A DNA stretch of 63,734 nucleotides, filler included, from Methanobacteriota archaeon (lineage in GTDB: Archaea; JACRDV01): NCBI GenBank assembly GCA_024860865.1. It is 7 parts of 7 records of this genome, joined end to end, with 100 filler letters (N's around TTAATTAATTAA, not from the genome) between each part and the next. Parts side by side here need not be neighbours in the genome. Positions count along the whole stretch, not along the records: positions 9,774 to 23,709 come from JACRDV010000103.1; positions 23,810 to 31,217 come from JACRDV010000104.1; 5 more parts are not named here. The stretch is one strand, 5' to 3'. Positions within the stretch are counted from its first letter, which is position 1. The number at the start of each line of letters is the position of its first letter. The notes below the pieces were generated by a model. It made no database searches, had not been told where the DNA came from, and worked only from the letters and a program-made list of their open reading frames with translations. The position numbers and the translations under genes are program-made. This document shows, in pieces, positions 20,031 to 30,273 of this stretch.

Positions 20031-21185
20031 TTAAACATAGCTCAGAGCTTGGTATATCCTTCTAACTAATTTTTTAGCCCGCTTCAAAACATTAATCCTT
20101 GTTGATCCCTTAACAAAAACAGTTGCCACAGGCTCCCTTTGGTCGATTATAGAACCTTTTAGGGGTATATCTCGGATTCCTTTATATGCTCTAAAATCCC
20201 TGACTACTTTTGATCTGAACTTTGCAAATGCGGTCATTCTAACTGCATAGCCACGACAGCCTACTTTTTCCGGTAAAATTCCTCTAAGAGCTTCTAAATG
20301 AGCTTTTACTAAATTCATGCCAGTAACAGCCTCGATACACTCAAATGAACCTTGAAATCTCGGATTAACTTCCATAACTATAGGACCCTCTCTTGTAAGC
20401 ACAAAGTCAATTCCGTTTGACCCGACCAATTTTAATGATTTTGTAATTTTCTTAGAAATAGTTTTAATTTCATTTTCAAATCTTGTTATTAACGGAACAA
20501 CGTTGCCACAATACTGAAAATCTGTCCTGCCAAGTTCTGACAAACCTAAGAGCTGTTCGTTTATTGTAATAATGATTGAGTCCTTGCCAGTTGAGAGCAA
20601 TGATGCGCTTGCAGGGATTCCATCTATAAACTCTTGAATTAGCATATTCTCATTGAATTTTTGGAAGTCAGCTGGGCTTTTGACTAAGCGTACACCTTTT
20701 CCTCCTGCTCCAAAAATTGGCTTTATAACGACCGGATAACCGAAATTTTTTGCAACTTCTTTAGCTTCTTGAGAGCCTGAAACAATTTCAGTAGTTGGAG
20801 TTGGCACGCTAAGTTGCTTGAGTTTTTTTAAAAGCCAAGACTTATTCGATAGCTTGTGAACTTTAGATGGTTCGTTTCCAAAAATGGGAATTGGAAGTTT
20901 TATTTTTGAAAAGTCTAGCCCTGATGTCAGCAATGCCCCATCAACTTTGCCATAAAACTTCTCTGATAGCATAAGCAGTTTCTTTGGATCAAATTTTTTA
21001 GAAATAGGTTCGGTAAGCTTATTCTCCGCTTGATGTGCGATTGAGCTTAAAGAATCTGCACATTCTCTTAAATCTAAACAATCAAAAAAATCAGCTGCAA
21101 AAACCTTAAGTCCGAGCTTTTTTGCTGAACAAACAATTGGTCTAGTATTTACTCCTATCACTAGAACTGACTCTATTTTTTGCAA
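20031..21185 (-). CDS. ATP-grasp protein (COG2232-like, often linked to H4MPT/methanofuran C1 genes)
   Basis: DFF...DL, KP..GAGG, QEFIDG, YCGN and EVNPRFQGS motifs. Confidence 0.8.
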   Translation of the reverse strand: MQKIESVLVIGVNTRPIVCSAKKLGLKVFAADFFDCLDLRECADSLSSIAHQAENKLTEPISKKFDPKKLLMLSEKFYGKVDGALLTSGLDFSKIKLPIPIFGNEPSKVHKLSNKSWLLKKLKQLSVPTPTTEIVSGSQEAKEVAKNFGYPVVIKPIFGAGGKGVRLVKSPADFQKFNENMLIQEFIDGIPASASLLSTGKDSIIITINEQLLGLSELGRTDFQYCGNVVPLITRFENEIKTISKKITKSLKLVGSNGIDFVLTREGPIVMEVNPRFQGSFECIEAVTGMNLVKAHLEALRGILPEKVGCRGYAVRMTAFAKFRSKVVRDFRAYKGIRDIPLKGSIIDQREPVATVFVKGSTRINVLKRAKKLVRRIYQALSYV

Positions 21186-21460
21186 ACTTTTTTGCCTCTG
21201 GCTACAACTTATGCAAGCTCGCCTTTTTTATATGATTAACAATCTACTTTTCCAATCTTATGGTTCAGAATAGGTATAATCTCGATTATGATTCGATAGT
21301 TCAGCAGGAAATAATATGTCAACAAAAAAAGAACAAAAATACAAATTTCTGCTGAAAGTTATAATTCTAAAACATTCTTTAGTATGCGTAAGAATACTCT
21401 GTTTTTTGTTAAAAAGCAAAATTTAAGTTAGCTTTATTTTTCAAACTCCTATAAAGGAAA

Positions 21461-21838
21461 TTATTCTATACTAATTCTTTTCTTTTTACCATCGAGTATA
21501 ATTTTGAAATTATTTAAAAAGTTCCTACCGATGATTGCTATGGGTGCTTTTTTTGGATATATCTTCTTATCTACTATTGCTATTTCAACTTCGCTTTCAA
21601 ATCCATCAACTTCCATTAAGGCTTTTGAAACAATAATCTCAAAAGGTTCAGTAGATCCGAAACCAGATAATTTTTCTCTTCTTAACTCTTTCAGTTCTAA
21701 CACATCGCCTAGATCGCTCCTAATTGTGACATATTTTGCTCCAGTATCAACCAATGCTGTCTGTTTAATATCTTCCTTTTTACCACGGATTTTTAAAGGA
21801 ACAAAAGGAGCATCATCAAGATAACTCCAACTCCTCAC
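21461..21838 (-). CDS. Single-domain retropepsin-like aspartic protease
   Basis: ALVDTGA and IIGRNFL motifs. Confidence 0.85.
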   Translation of the reverse strand: MRSWSYLDDAPFVPLKIRGKKEDIKQTALVDTGAKYVTIRSDLGDVLELKELRREKLSGFGSTEPFEIIVSKALMEVDGFESEVEIAIVDKKIYPKKAPIAIIGRNFLNNFKIILDGKKKRISIE

Positions 21839-22071
21839 AGTATCGCCTTTGTTTGCTCATCCGGTCTAAATAACTCTTTAACAAACAGCTCTTTTCCTTT
21901 GGATACTGTTCTTGCTTTTTTTACAGCCTCTTTTATGTCCTCCCCAACTGCTACTAGTTTTCCATCACAAAATACTGCTATTTTACCGTAGTATTTTTTT
22001 AGCAGTTTTTTTTCCATTTGTTTATAGGCTATAAAGTCTCTATCAATCGCGTCTAGCACCATTGTTTTCAC
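21835..22071 (-). CDS. DUF5678-like small protein
   Basis: LLKKYYGKIAVFCDGKLVAVG...EA; 4-nt overlap with the protease gene. Confidence 0.75.
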   Translation of the reverse strand: MKTMVLDAIDRDFIAYKQMEKKLLKKYYGKIAVFCDGKLVAVGEDIKEAVKKARTVSKGKELFVKELFRPDEQTKAIL

Positions 22072-22272
22072 CTGGGAATATTATGTGCGACATAAACTTT
22101 AAACCTTATTATTAAACCAATTTGAATAAAGATAAAAGAGAGATAACCAGAGTATTCCATTATTAGCGTTCAAGCCGCTGAAAGCGAGTTTAAACCTTTG
22201 ATAAATTACTCACCAACAAGGTAAAGAACTGGCACAAAATAGCCTGTTAACAGAGTCTGAACATTCAAAAAG

Positions 22273-22809
22273 TTAGCTTGTATGTTTTGTAACTTTTTTG
22301 CCTCTGGCTTGTGGGATTACCTCAAGCTTTGCGCCTTCAAATTCTTTATGTAAGCCTTCCCTCTCAGAAAGCCTATCAAGGAAAACACCTAGGGCGCTGA
22401 CCTCTGAAATAGGTTGAGACCCGATTGCAACATTAAAGTCAGCTAATTGAAAAACCTCAGCTGGAACTTTCTCAGCGCCAACAACAATAAGTTTATCCTT
22501 CTTTGAGTTTTTAATTTGATTAAGAACATCATCGATGTGCAAGCCATAAATTGTCAAATGGATTACTTCTCCATTTTTCTCTTTCCAATCTCGAATAACT
22601 TTTTTCCAATCTTTTTCATGTTTTATTTCAAATGGTCCTCCCCATTTTTCTACAACTTTTTTAATAGATTCTTCTAAACTCCCATCCTTAGCCCCAGAAT
22701 ACATTATAGAAAAGACCCCGAATGCTCTAGCAGTTAAGGCTACATGCGTTGAAACTCTTTGGTCCCTATGTAGGCGATGCCCGAGCCTAAGCACTACAAT
22801 TTTTGTCAT
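22273..22809 (-). CDS. trm56: tRNA (cytidine56-2'-O)-methyltransferase
   Basis: [34 protein letters not shown] and QP.SEV motifs. Confidence 0.93.
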   Translation of the reverse strand: MTKIVVLRLGHRLHRDQRVSTHVALTARAFGVFSIMYSGAKDGSLEESIKKVVEKWGGPFEIKHEKDWKKVIRDWKEKNGEVIHLTIYGLHIDDVLNQIKNSKKDKLIVVGAEKVPAEVFQLADFNVAIGSQPISEVSALGVFLDRLSEREGLHKEFEGAKLEVIPQARGKKVTKHTS

Positions 22810-23028
22810 GGCTTTTAACTCAAGAATAAAAAGTGAATTTTTTGGTTTTTAAATGCATGCGACTGGGAGATATTTTTTAGGGATGACCTGTATAAAAGGT
22901 TGGCAAGAGCATTTCTATATTTGGCTATCCAAACTCCTTTTGGTGGCTCTTGCCAGCTTTTTAAATCTAAGATTGTGACAGAACTAGAATAAGACATAAT
23001 CAAAATATCTATAGGCCTAAGAAGCAAA

Positions 23029-23370
23029 CTAGATCACCCCTTTTCGATAGAGCTCATCAAGTCTCTTGGGGTATTCTTTAAAAACCTCTTCTGCTCGGCA
23101 AGGCATATGGTTTAAGCAGATACTCGGTTTATTCTTAAATGATTTGCATATCTCATTTACTTCTTTTTTAAGGCAGCCTATTCTTTTAATTTCGGTTTCG
23201 CTTACATTCAAGCTTTGGATATCTTGAGATGTGTCTTCAATTTCAGCCTCTAAAATTTTGAAAGCATGAAAGAAGCAAACGCAAGTTTCGACTTCAGGAT
23301 ACTCCATACACTCCTTCATTAAGTCTAAATGATATTCTAAACTCTCTATTCTCTTGATAGAATTCTCCAT
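23029..23370 (-). CDS. Hypothetical Cys-rich helical protein
   Basis: ATG 2 nt after the MtrA-like stop with a GAGGAG RBS; 7 Cys. Confidence 0.65.
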   Translation of the reverse strand: MENSIKRIESLEYHLDLMKECMEYPEVETCVCFFHAFKILEAEIEDTSQDIQSLNVSETEIKRIGCLKKEVNEICKSFKNKPSICLNHMPCRAEEVFKEYPKRLDELYRKGVI

Positions 23371-23372
23371 AT

Positions 23373-23666
23373 TTACTCCTCTTGTTTACTAGATAGCTTA
23401 TCTGTCAAATGGCAAATTAGCGGTTGAACTGAATATGCTCCTGGATCGTATAGAGTATACTTCTTGTTGTCAACTTCGAATGTAGTTTGTCTCTCTTGAT
23501 ATGTTGTCCAAACGACCTTTTCAACTACTTTAGAGTCATTAATTCCTAAAAGATCAATTAGTGTTACTTGATCTCTAAACCTTTTGATTGCCTCGGTAGG
23601 AAGGTTCTTTATAATCGCAATTGGCGCTCTGCTTCCAATAATATTTTGGTTTTCATCAATTCCATT
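23373..23666 (-). pseudogene. 5'-truncated MtrA-like corrinoid protein (not in the ORF track)
   Basis: Manual translation NGIDENQNIIGSRAPIAIIKNLPTEAIKRFRDQVTLIDL...YDPGAYSVQPL matches the MtrA C-terminal half. An in-frame stop lies 12 codons upstream of NG. Confidence 0.75.
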
Positions 23667-23900
23667 GAGAACAAAACCCCTCCGGGGAAATAAGACTGTT
23701 GTTTATCCANNNNNNNNNNNNNNNNNNNNNNNNNNNNNNNNNNNNNNNNNNNNTTAATTAATTAANNNNNNNNNNNNNNNNNNNNNNNNNNNNNNNNNNN
23801 NNNNNNNNNAAACCCCTCCGGGGAAATAAGACTGTTGTTTATCCAGTTCTTTTGTTGAAGGGATAATTGTTGTTTTTATTTTTCAACAATATTAGAAATT
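23667..23900. mobile_element. Probable IS end interrupting the MtrA-like gene; 36 bp repeated on both sides of the gap
   Basis: 23674-23709 is identical to 23810-23845. The sequence begins exactly where MtrA similarity stops. Family not assignable. Confidence 0.4.
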
Positions 23901-23941
23901 CTAAATTGATCCTATGTCAACAATTAAATGATTCTACTTAA

Positions 23942-23966
23942 ATTGACCGGTCACTGACCGGTCAAT
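23942..23966. promoter_or_regulatory. Double palindrome, operator-like
   Basis: ATTGACCGGTCA-C-TGACCGGTCAAT; each arm contains the palindrome TGACCGGTCA. Confidence 0.55.
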
Positions 23967-24190
23967 CCCGGATAAGTATACTTACCATGGTTTGGTAATC
24001 GGGGGATATACTTTATAAAACAAGAACAAATGAAAAAAATTGAAGGGGCTAAATCGGCAATTTAAAGCAAATTGAGCTAAAAAAGGCAACAAGCAATTAA
24101 TCTTTTTTTCATGGCAACCGGAGATGCATAAGAACCAACAAAGTAAACCTAAAAATAGTTAGAAATCAAGTTTATAATGAGATGTTTAGA

Positions 24191-24886
24191 ATGAAAATTA
24201 AATCTATTCTGCTGGATATAGATAATGTCTTATATGATAGCGTAAAATTAACTGAGGCCACTCGAAGAAATGCAATAATATCTATGATTGAAGCTGGCTT
24301 GCCGATTAAAGATGTAGAGCAAGCATATCAAATGCTCCTTGAAATAGTTAAGGGCTATGGGTCAAATTATCCATATCATTTTGACAGATTGCTTGAAAAA
24401 TTTGGAGTTAAGTGGAATCCACACATAATTGCTGCCGGCGTAGTTGCATATGATGATACTAAGCATGCTTATTTGAAACCATACCCAGAAGTAATTCCAA
24501 CTTTGCTTAAATTAAAGGCAATGGGCTATAAGCTTGGAATTATTTCTGATGGCAGAGCAGTTAAACAATGGGACAAATTGATTAGGCTTGGAGTGCAGCA
24601 CTTTTTTGATGTTGTAGTAACGTCAGAAGAAGTTGGAGTAGAAAAACCAGATTCAAGAATTTTTGAAGCAGCTTTAGAAGCTCTAAACTGCAGGTCAGAA
24701 GAATGTTTAATGATTGGCGATAGACTTACCAAGGACATAGCAGGTGCAAACAAAGCAGGAGTAATTTCTGTTAGAGTCCTGAAAGGGAGATATGCTAATG
24801 AAAAGCCAGTTAACCCTTCTATGAAGCCAAAGTTTGAAATTAAAAATTTAACTGAGATTTTTGATGTTTTAGCTAAACTTAGTTAA
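24191..24886 (+). CDS. HAD-superfamily hydrolase (TIGR02253-like)
   Basis: DIDNVL, ISDG..KQW.KL, EKPD and IGDR..KDI motifs. Confidence 0.9.
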   Translation: MKIKSILLDIDNVLYDSVKLTEATRRNAIISMIEAGLPIKDVEQAYQMLLEIVKGYGSNYPYHFDRLLEKFGVKWNPHIIAAGVVAYDDTKHAYLKPYPEVIPTLLKLKAMGYKLGIISDGRAVKQWDKLIRLGVQHFFDVVVTSEEVGVEKPDSRIFEAALEALNCRSEECLMIGDRLTKDIAGANKAGVISVRVLKGRYANEKPVNPSMKPKFEIKNLTEIFDVLAKLS

Positions 24887-24933
24887 ATAAGATAATTTGT
24901 TTAGAAAAAGATTAAGCCTTAAGAAGCTGAAAT

Positions 24934-27792
24934 TCATCTCCAAAAGCGTCTTGTTTGAACATAAATTTTCTCTGCATTCAATATATCTCTATAAAATTCA
25001 TCTTCACTTCGATGGAAATGCCCTAATATTCTAGTTGCTGTCTCTGGCCCAACTCCATGGCCTGCCATTGCAATGATTGCTTGCTTTCCATTAGACAATA
25101 CTAGTTGTGCATTTTGCCAAATTCTCCTGAGATTTTTTCTTTCCTCTTGGGACAACCCTTTTTTGCTCTTATATTTTTTAACTATATGTTCACTTTCAAC
25201 ATCTCTAACTCTTAAAGCTGCTAGTAACCTTGAACTGCATTTTTGACAACTTGGTCTTTCATCTAAATTTTTTATTGTCATTGTCGTAGTCCACTGTCCG
25301 CAATAGACACAGAGCAGTTTGACTTTTTCATTTAATAGACGATGTTTTAGAGCTTTTAAAATAGCTCGCTCTGCCCTTTCAGGAACTAATAATTCCTTTT
25401 TAATGAGCTGATCAACACCAACTAAACTAATTGGAGAAAAGTTTGCGCCAGTTGGTTTAGAAGCAGTAATAATTTCAATTTTATTATTTTGAATGAGTTC
25501 TAAAATTTCCTCAGTTTTTTTGACATCTAATCTTTCGAGAGATTCTCTCACAGCTTCCCAATAAATTGGGGTGTTTTCAAAGCTTCTTAGCAATTTTGGC
25601 AAGCTAACTTTATCATAATCAACTTCTTTCTCAATTGCTCCAAATTTCCTTCCAACGTGTACTAACCTCCATCGGAGCAAGGGCATTTGCTTTAAAGTCA
25701 TCCTTATTATTGGCTCAACTTCAGAAGGTTTTATAGTGAAAAGCAATTCTTTAACTATCTCTAGGTCAGCTTTTACTGGCAACTCTAGCGTAATGCGATA
25801 TGGATCTGATTGCATACCAACGCTGCTCCCAAACCTTGCAGTTAATAAAATTGCAATCAACCTGCCAAGCGTTTCATTTGTAAGCGTTCCAAAACAAGAG
25901 TTAATTATAACAAATCTATCTACTGCTTCGATGAGCAGCTGTTTATCCGTAGGTACGGGCATTTTTTGATTAAGCTGCTTTTGGATTAGAGATATAACTT
26001 TTTTCAAAGCGTGCTTTTCTGCTGAATATTCTACAAATAATTCGCTAGCGACTCCATCAGATTTAATTCCCTCTTTCAGTTTTCCTCCAATGAACCCTCT
26101 GAGCCGTCCAACTTCTTGTGCAACTTCAAAAGGAACCGGAATTTCCTCCCCAATCCAGGATGGAATTGCTCCGGTAGGATCATTAATTGGCTCAACTTGA
26201 ATTTTATCCCCAAGGATTCCAACTACTCTCCAAGGTTGGCCCCTACATATTACTGCAACATTCGGTTGAATATAATTTGCAACAAATGCTTCATCGAATG
26301 AACCAACTGGTGTTTTTGTGAGGAGGTTAATTACTAAATATCTTTTTTCATCTGGAATCATTGAAAGCGTTCCATAGTAGTATTTCCACCCTCCTCTTTT
26401 TATGCTGAAAGTTTCAGTGACTCCATCGAAAAACAAAATACTTGGAAACTGTGAGCTGAGATGTTTAACTATGCTTGCAAGAGTTTGCTTATCGAGAGCT
26501 CTAAATGGGTAGGCTCTTCGTATGATCTGGAGCGCTTTATCAAGAGTTAATCGCCTAAAATCAATCGCCAACCCAACAACTTGGTGAGCAAGAGCATCAA
26601 GTGCATTCTCTTGCGTTTTAACCGGTTCAAGCTCCTCATTTTTAGCCTTTCTAGATACTACAGCTGCCTCAAGGATATCATCAGCCTCAGTAGCAATAAT
26701 TACCCCTTTTGAAATTAAACCTACTTTATGGCCAGAACGTCCTACTCTTTGAACCAATCTAACTACTTGGTGAGGAGACATGTATTGAATTGCTAAATCG
26801 ACACTGCCAACGTCTATACCTAACTCCATTGATGAAGTAGCGATTATTCCTTTCAGCATCCCACTCTTAAAGGCTTCTTCGGTTGAAACCCTTGATTCAC
26901 GAGAGAGCGAACTATGATGGACTTCTAGCGGAAACTTTTGATCCCAAAATTTAATGCGAGAACCTAAAATTTCTGCCATTTCTCTGGTGTTAACAAAAGT
27001 TAGAATTGAAGTGTGTTTTTCGATTAGTTCTTTTATAGAGCGAATTCTTGCAACTGCGCTTGCTGTTGTAAAAAGTTGAGGAGCAAGTTCTCTGTCATCC
27101 GAAGTTGGGGATGGGCTCTCCACCTTGAGCTCCATCAAATGGGAAGTAGAAATCTTTACAATTTCAGCAGTTCGATCTGTGCCGACTAAAAATTTGGCTA
27201 CAATTTCTGGTGTGCCTATGGTTGCGCTTAAACCAATCCTTTGAAATTCTTTTCCTGTGAGCTCTCGCAATCGCTCAAGAGCAATTGAAAGCTGAGCTCC
27301 CCTTTCATCTTCAGCAAGCTCATGGATCTCGTCAATTATTAGCCATCGAACGCCTCTTAGGTACTCTTTGAGAATTTTACCTGGTAAAATTGCTTGAAGT
27401 GTTTCGGGCGTAGTTATTAACATTGCAGGCGGCTTCTGAGCTTGGGCTCTTCTTTCAGTTACAGAAGTATCACCGTGTCTCACCATTACTGGAATAGCAA
27501 GCTCTTTGCCCAACCATTCCAGCCTTCTTAACAGATCCCGATTGAGTGCTCTAAGCGGAGTAATGTATAAAATACCAATGCCGCTAATCTTGTCCTTCGA
27601 CTTCAGATACAAATCAAAAATCGGGAATATCGCTGCTTCCGTTTTTCCAGCACCAGTAGGGCCTATCAGCAGCACATTCTTTCCTTGCAAGATTAGCGGA
27701 ATTGCCTCTGCCTGTGGCTCAGTTGGCCTTTCAAAGCCCATTTTTTTAATAACACTTTGTATTTCCGGAGCGAGCAGTTCAAAAACGTTCAT
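24934..27792 (-). CDS. lhr: Lhr-family SF2 helicase
   Basis: PTGAGKT, DEIHE, SAT, HHSSLS, QRVGRSGH, IPSW.GE and C-terminal CxxC..CxxC. Confidence 0.92.
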   Translation of the reverse strand: MNVFELLAPEIQSVIKKMGFERPTEPQAEAIPLILQGKNVLLIGPTGAGKTEAAIFPIFDLYLKSKDKISGIGILYITPLRALNRDLLRRLEWLGKELAIPVMVRHGDTSVTERRAQAQKPPAMLITTPETLQAILPGKILKEYLRGVRWLIIDEIHELAEDERGAQLSIALERLRELTGKEFQRIGLSATIGTPEIVAKFLVGTDRTAEIVKISTSHLMELKVESPSPTSDDRELAPQLFTTASAVARIRSIKELIEKHTSILTFVNTREMAEILGSRIKFWDQKFPLEVHHSSLSRESRVSTEEAFKSGMLKGIIATSSMELGIDVGSVDLAIQYMSPHQVVRLVQRVGRSGHKVGLISKGVIIATEADDILEAAVVSRKAKNEELEPVKTQENALDALAHQVVGLAIDFRRLTLDKALQIIRRAYPFRALDKQTLASIVKHLSSQFPSILFFDGVTETFSIKRGGWKYYYGTLSMIPDEKRYLVINLLTKTPVGSFDEAFVANYIQPNVAVICRGQPWRVVGILGDKIQVEPINDPTGAIPSWIGEEIPVPFEVAQEVGRLRGFIGGKLKEGIKSDGVASELFVEYSAEKHALKKVISLIQKQLNQKMPVPTDKQLLIEAVDRFVIINSCFGTLTNETLGRLIAILLTARFGSSVGMQSDPYRITLELPVKADLEIVKELLFTIKPSEVEPIIRMTLKQMPLLRWRLVHVGRKFGAIEKEVDYDKVSLPKLLRSFENTPIYWEAVRESLERLDVKKTEEILELIQNNKIEIITASKPTGANFSPISLVGVDQLIKKELLVPERAERAILKALKHRLLNEKVKLLCVYCGQWTTTMTIKNLDERPSCQKCSSRLLAALRVRDVESEHIVKKYKSKKGLSQEERKNLRRIWQNAQLVLSNGKQAIIAMAGHGVGPETATRILGHFHRSEDEFYRDILNAEKIYVQTRRFWR

Positions 27793-27867
27793 TTTTAATC
27801 TCCATTAGTTTAAAGAAGCCAATTATATATTCAGAGTCTAAATTCAAAAAGGTTTGTCGGTGATGGT

Positions 27868-28506
27868 TTGTTCTTCGGTGGAGATGAAGCGGGCAAGGGG
27901 CCAGCTTTAGGCCCTTTAGTTATTGGAGCAGTTGCATTAGATGGGATAGGGATAAAAAAGTTAAAAGAGGTTGGTGTTAGAGATTCGAAAGCTTATTTTT
28001 CAAATCGCACACGCGAGTCCCATGCTAAATTGATCGAAAAAGTAGCATTGGCTACAAAAGTTTTGGTAGTGCCAGCTGCGACTTTAAATAAATTAAAAAC
28101 TAAGTATGAAATTTCCTTGAATAAAATGTTAGAAATGTTCTATCAGCGAGTTTTTAAAGACTTGGTTGATAAAGCTGGGGTTCCAGAAGCAATTTATATA
28201 GATGCATTCGAAACCCCTCAGCTTTTGCAGCAGGCAATTGGTATAATAGTTAAAACAAAAATCATAGTTGAACACGAGGCGGATACAAAATATTTGCCGG
28301 TCATGGCAGCGAGCGTACTTGCTAAGACCACTAGAGAGAAAGAAATTGAAAAGTTAAGAAGAGAATACGGAAATTTCGGATCTGGCTATCCTTCTGACCC
28401 TAAGACTCAAAGATGGCTAAGGGACTGGTATAAAGAAAATAGAAGCTGGCCACCAATTGTTAGAGAATTCTGGGAGACAATAAAAAGAATTGAAACACAA
28501 ACTTAA
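27868..28506 (+). CDS. rnhB: Ribonuclease HII
   Basis: DEAGKGP, DSK, AASVLAK and GSGYPSDP motifs. Confidence 0.93.
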   Translation: MFFGGDEAGKGPALGPLVIGAVALDGIGIKKLKEVGVRDSKAYFSNRTRESHAKLIEKVALATKVLVVPAATLNKLKTKYEISLNKMLEMFYQRVFKDLVDKAGVPEAIYIDAFETPQLLQQAIGIIVKTKIIVEHEADTKYLPVMAASVLAKTTREKEIEKLRREYGNFGSGYPSDPKTQRWLRDWYKENRSWPPIVREFWETIKRIETQT

Positions 28507-28564
28507 TTTATATATTTAGAATTAACGACTTGAGTTTCAAAAATCCTCAGCATATTTGTCTTAA

Positions 28565-29134
28565 TTATAACCTTGCTCCTTTCAGAATCTTTTGCCAAAT
28601 GTCGAAAGTAGAGAGATTGGAAAGCCACTTTTTAAGATATCGAATATCTAAACGCCCTTTCTGTATTTCATAAATGCCTAAGGCGTCAGTAAAGTGCTTC
28701 TCTGAGCCAAACTCTTTGTACCAGTTAAGTTTAACTATTATGAGATCCTCTGGCGTTGTGATGTACATCATCTTGTCAAATATCTTTTTTTTCTTTCTCC
28801 TTTTGAATCGGAGTTTATCATACTCGTCATCCTTTACCAACCAAAAATCAACCTTAAATCCTGTCTTTTGATGTATCGCATTAAACATACTCTTATGGCG
28901 GATTGCCTCGATAATTCCCTCAAGGCTTATGTAAAATTCTCCTTGGAATAATTTAACAATAGCTTCTTTTTCCGGAGCCCTAATCTCTATTACAATGTCC
29001 ACATCATGAGTCAATCTGGGTCTACCATAGTAGTTGACTGCTATTGCCCCAGTTATCATGTAAGGGAGCTTTAAAGCATCCAAGAAGGTAACAACTTTTT
29101 TAAGGATATATTCCTGGGTTATTTTAGCAGTCAT
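28565..29134 (-). CDS. Nucleotidyltransferase-fold protein (DUF6036-like)
   Basis: YMITGAIA..YG.PR.THDVDIV, KVDF and PEDLII.KL motifs. Confidence 0.8.
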   Translation of the reverse strand: MTAKITQEYILKKVVTFLDALKLPYMITGAIAVNYYGRPRLTHDVDIVIEIRAPEKEAIVKLFQGEFYISLEGIIEAIRHKSMFNAIHQKTGFKVDFWLVKDDEYDKLRFKRRKKKKIFDKMMYITTPEDLIIVKLNWYKEFGSEKHFTDALGIYEIQKGRLDIRYLKKWLSNLSTFDIWQKILKGARL

Positions 29135-29322
29135 TTTGGGAGTCGCTCTCTGAGTTTTTTCTTTAAGTCCTCTTCTGAAATTTTAGGGAACTCACTTCTT
29201 ATGGCAGACTCAACTATCTTATGGGCCATTTCATATAATTCAGCACCGATTCTTACCCTTCGGTTGCCCGGCATCCTCCGAAGGATCTTTAGATATTTTT
29301 TTTCAGCTACTTCTGGTTTCAT
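29131..29322 (-). CDS. Small helical partner of the nucleotidyltransferase (putative antitoxin)
   Basis: LRRM....R....EL...IR...P..SEE pattern; 4-nt overlap with the NTase gene. Confidence 0.65.
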   Translation of the reverse strand: MKPEVAEKKYLKILRRMPGNRRVRIGAELYEMAHKIVESAIRSEFPKISEEDLKKKLRERLPK

Positions 29323-29420
29323 GCCCTTTTTCCTACTATGAGAAATCGCGACAGGATTAAATATTTTTAACTAATTGAATCTATATACTATTAAGAAATT
29401 TAGTTCTTTAAGGCAAAATT

Positions 29421-29651
29421 ATGGTTGTTGGTGCCACTCTTATCAATGTTGCTCCTGGTAAAGAACGTCCAGTATACCAGGTTTTAAAGACAATTAGAAA
29501 CATCAGAGAAATTTTGCACTTGTTTGGAGAATATGATTTTTTAACAATAATAGAAGCTGAAGGATTAAAAGCTCTGAATGACATAGTTGACCAAATAAGA
29601 AATATACCAGGAGTAACTTCTACTAAAACTATGCTTGCAGCTGAGCTGTGA
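29421..29651 (+). CDS. Stand-alone Lrp/AsnC ligand-binding domain
   Basis: LFGEYD...IRNIPGVTSTKT. Confidence 0.85.
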   Translation: MVVGATLINVAPGKERPVYQVLKTIRNIREILHLFGEYDFLTIIEAEGLKALNDIVDQIRNIPGVTSTKTMLAAEL

Positions 29652-29661
29652 GGTGATTTAT

Positions 29662-30054
29662 TTGGGAATTAGCGATTTGAAAGCTAAAGACATTATGATT
29701 CCGCAACAAAAATTGATAACTATCTTCTCGGAGGATAAAGTGGTTGCAGCCGACTTAAAAATGGTCAGAAGTGGTATTGGTGGACTACCTGTTGTTGAGA
29801 AAGATGGGACATTGGTCGGAATAATTACTCAGCGGGATATACTTTTATCAAGGTTCCACCAAATTGGTGAATTAGAAGTTGCTGATTTGATGACAAGAAA
29901 TCCGATAACCGTTACCGAAGAAACATCAATAAAAGAAATTTTACTGACTATGTCCGATCAAAAAATCGAGCGTTTGCCCGTGGTTAAAGGCAATAAAATT
30001 GTTGGTCTAATTGTTCATGATAAAATTTTACGAGCTTTAGCGCAGGGATTATAA
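29662..30054 (+). CDS. CBS-pair protein
   Basis: Two LPVV...VG(I/L)I repeats; TTG start after GAGGTGA. Confidence 0.85.
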   Translation: MGISDLKAKDIMIPQQKLITIFSEDKVVAADLKMVRSGIGGLPVVEKDGTLVGIITQRDILLSRFHQIGELEVADLMTRNPITVTEETSIKEILLTMSDQKIERLPVVKGNKIVGLIVHDKILRALAQGL

Positions 30055-30273
30055 GGATATAATTCTCGAGAAGAAAAAAGTTAGATATAATGGCTAAAGT
30101 GTGGTCAGCACTAGTTTAACTACTCCTTTGTAGCGAATTATTAAACTTATAGTGGAAAATAAAATCTCCGCTCTAACTGTTGTTGGCAATCGCGGAGAAG
30201 AGTAAGAAAATTTAGATTTTATCTTATTCTAGGATAATAGTATAAACTAATCAATGTTTTATTACCCAATCTA

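Noticed and set aside
23674-23845. 36-bp direct repeat as a CRISPR repeat or att site
   Set aside because: Only two copies, both at contig ends either side of a linker; most simply an assembly overlap at a repeat. No CRISPR array was seen anywhere in the window.
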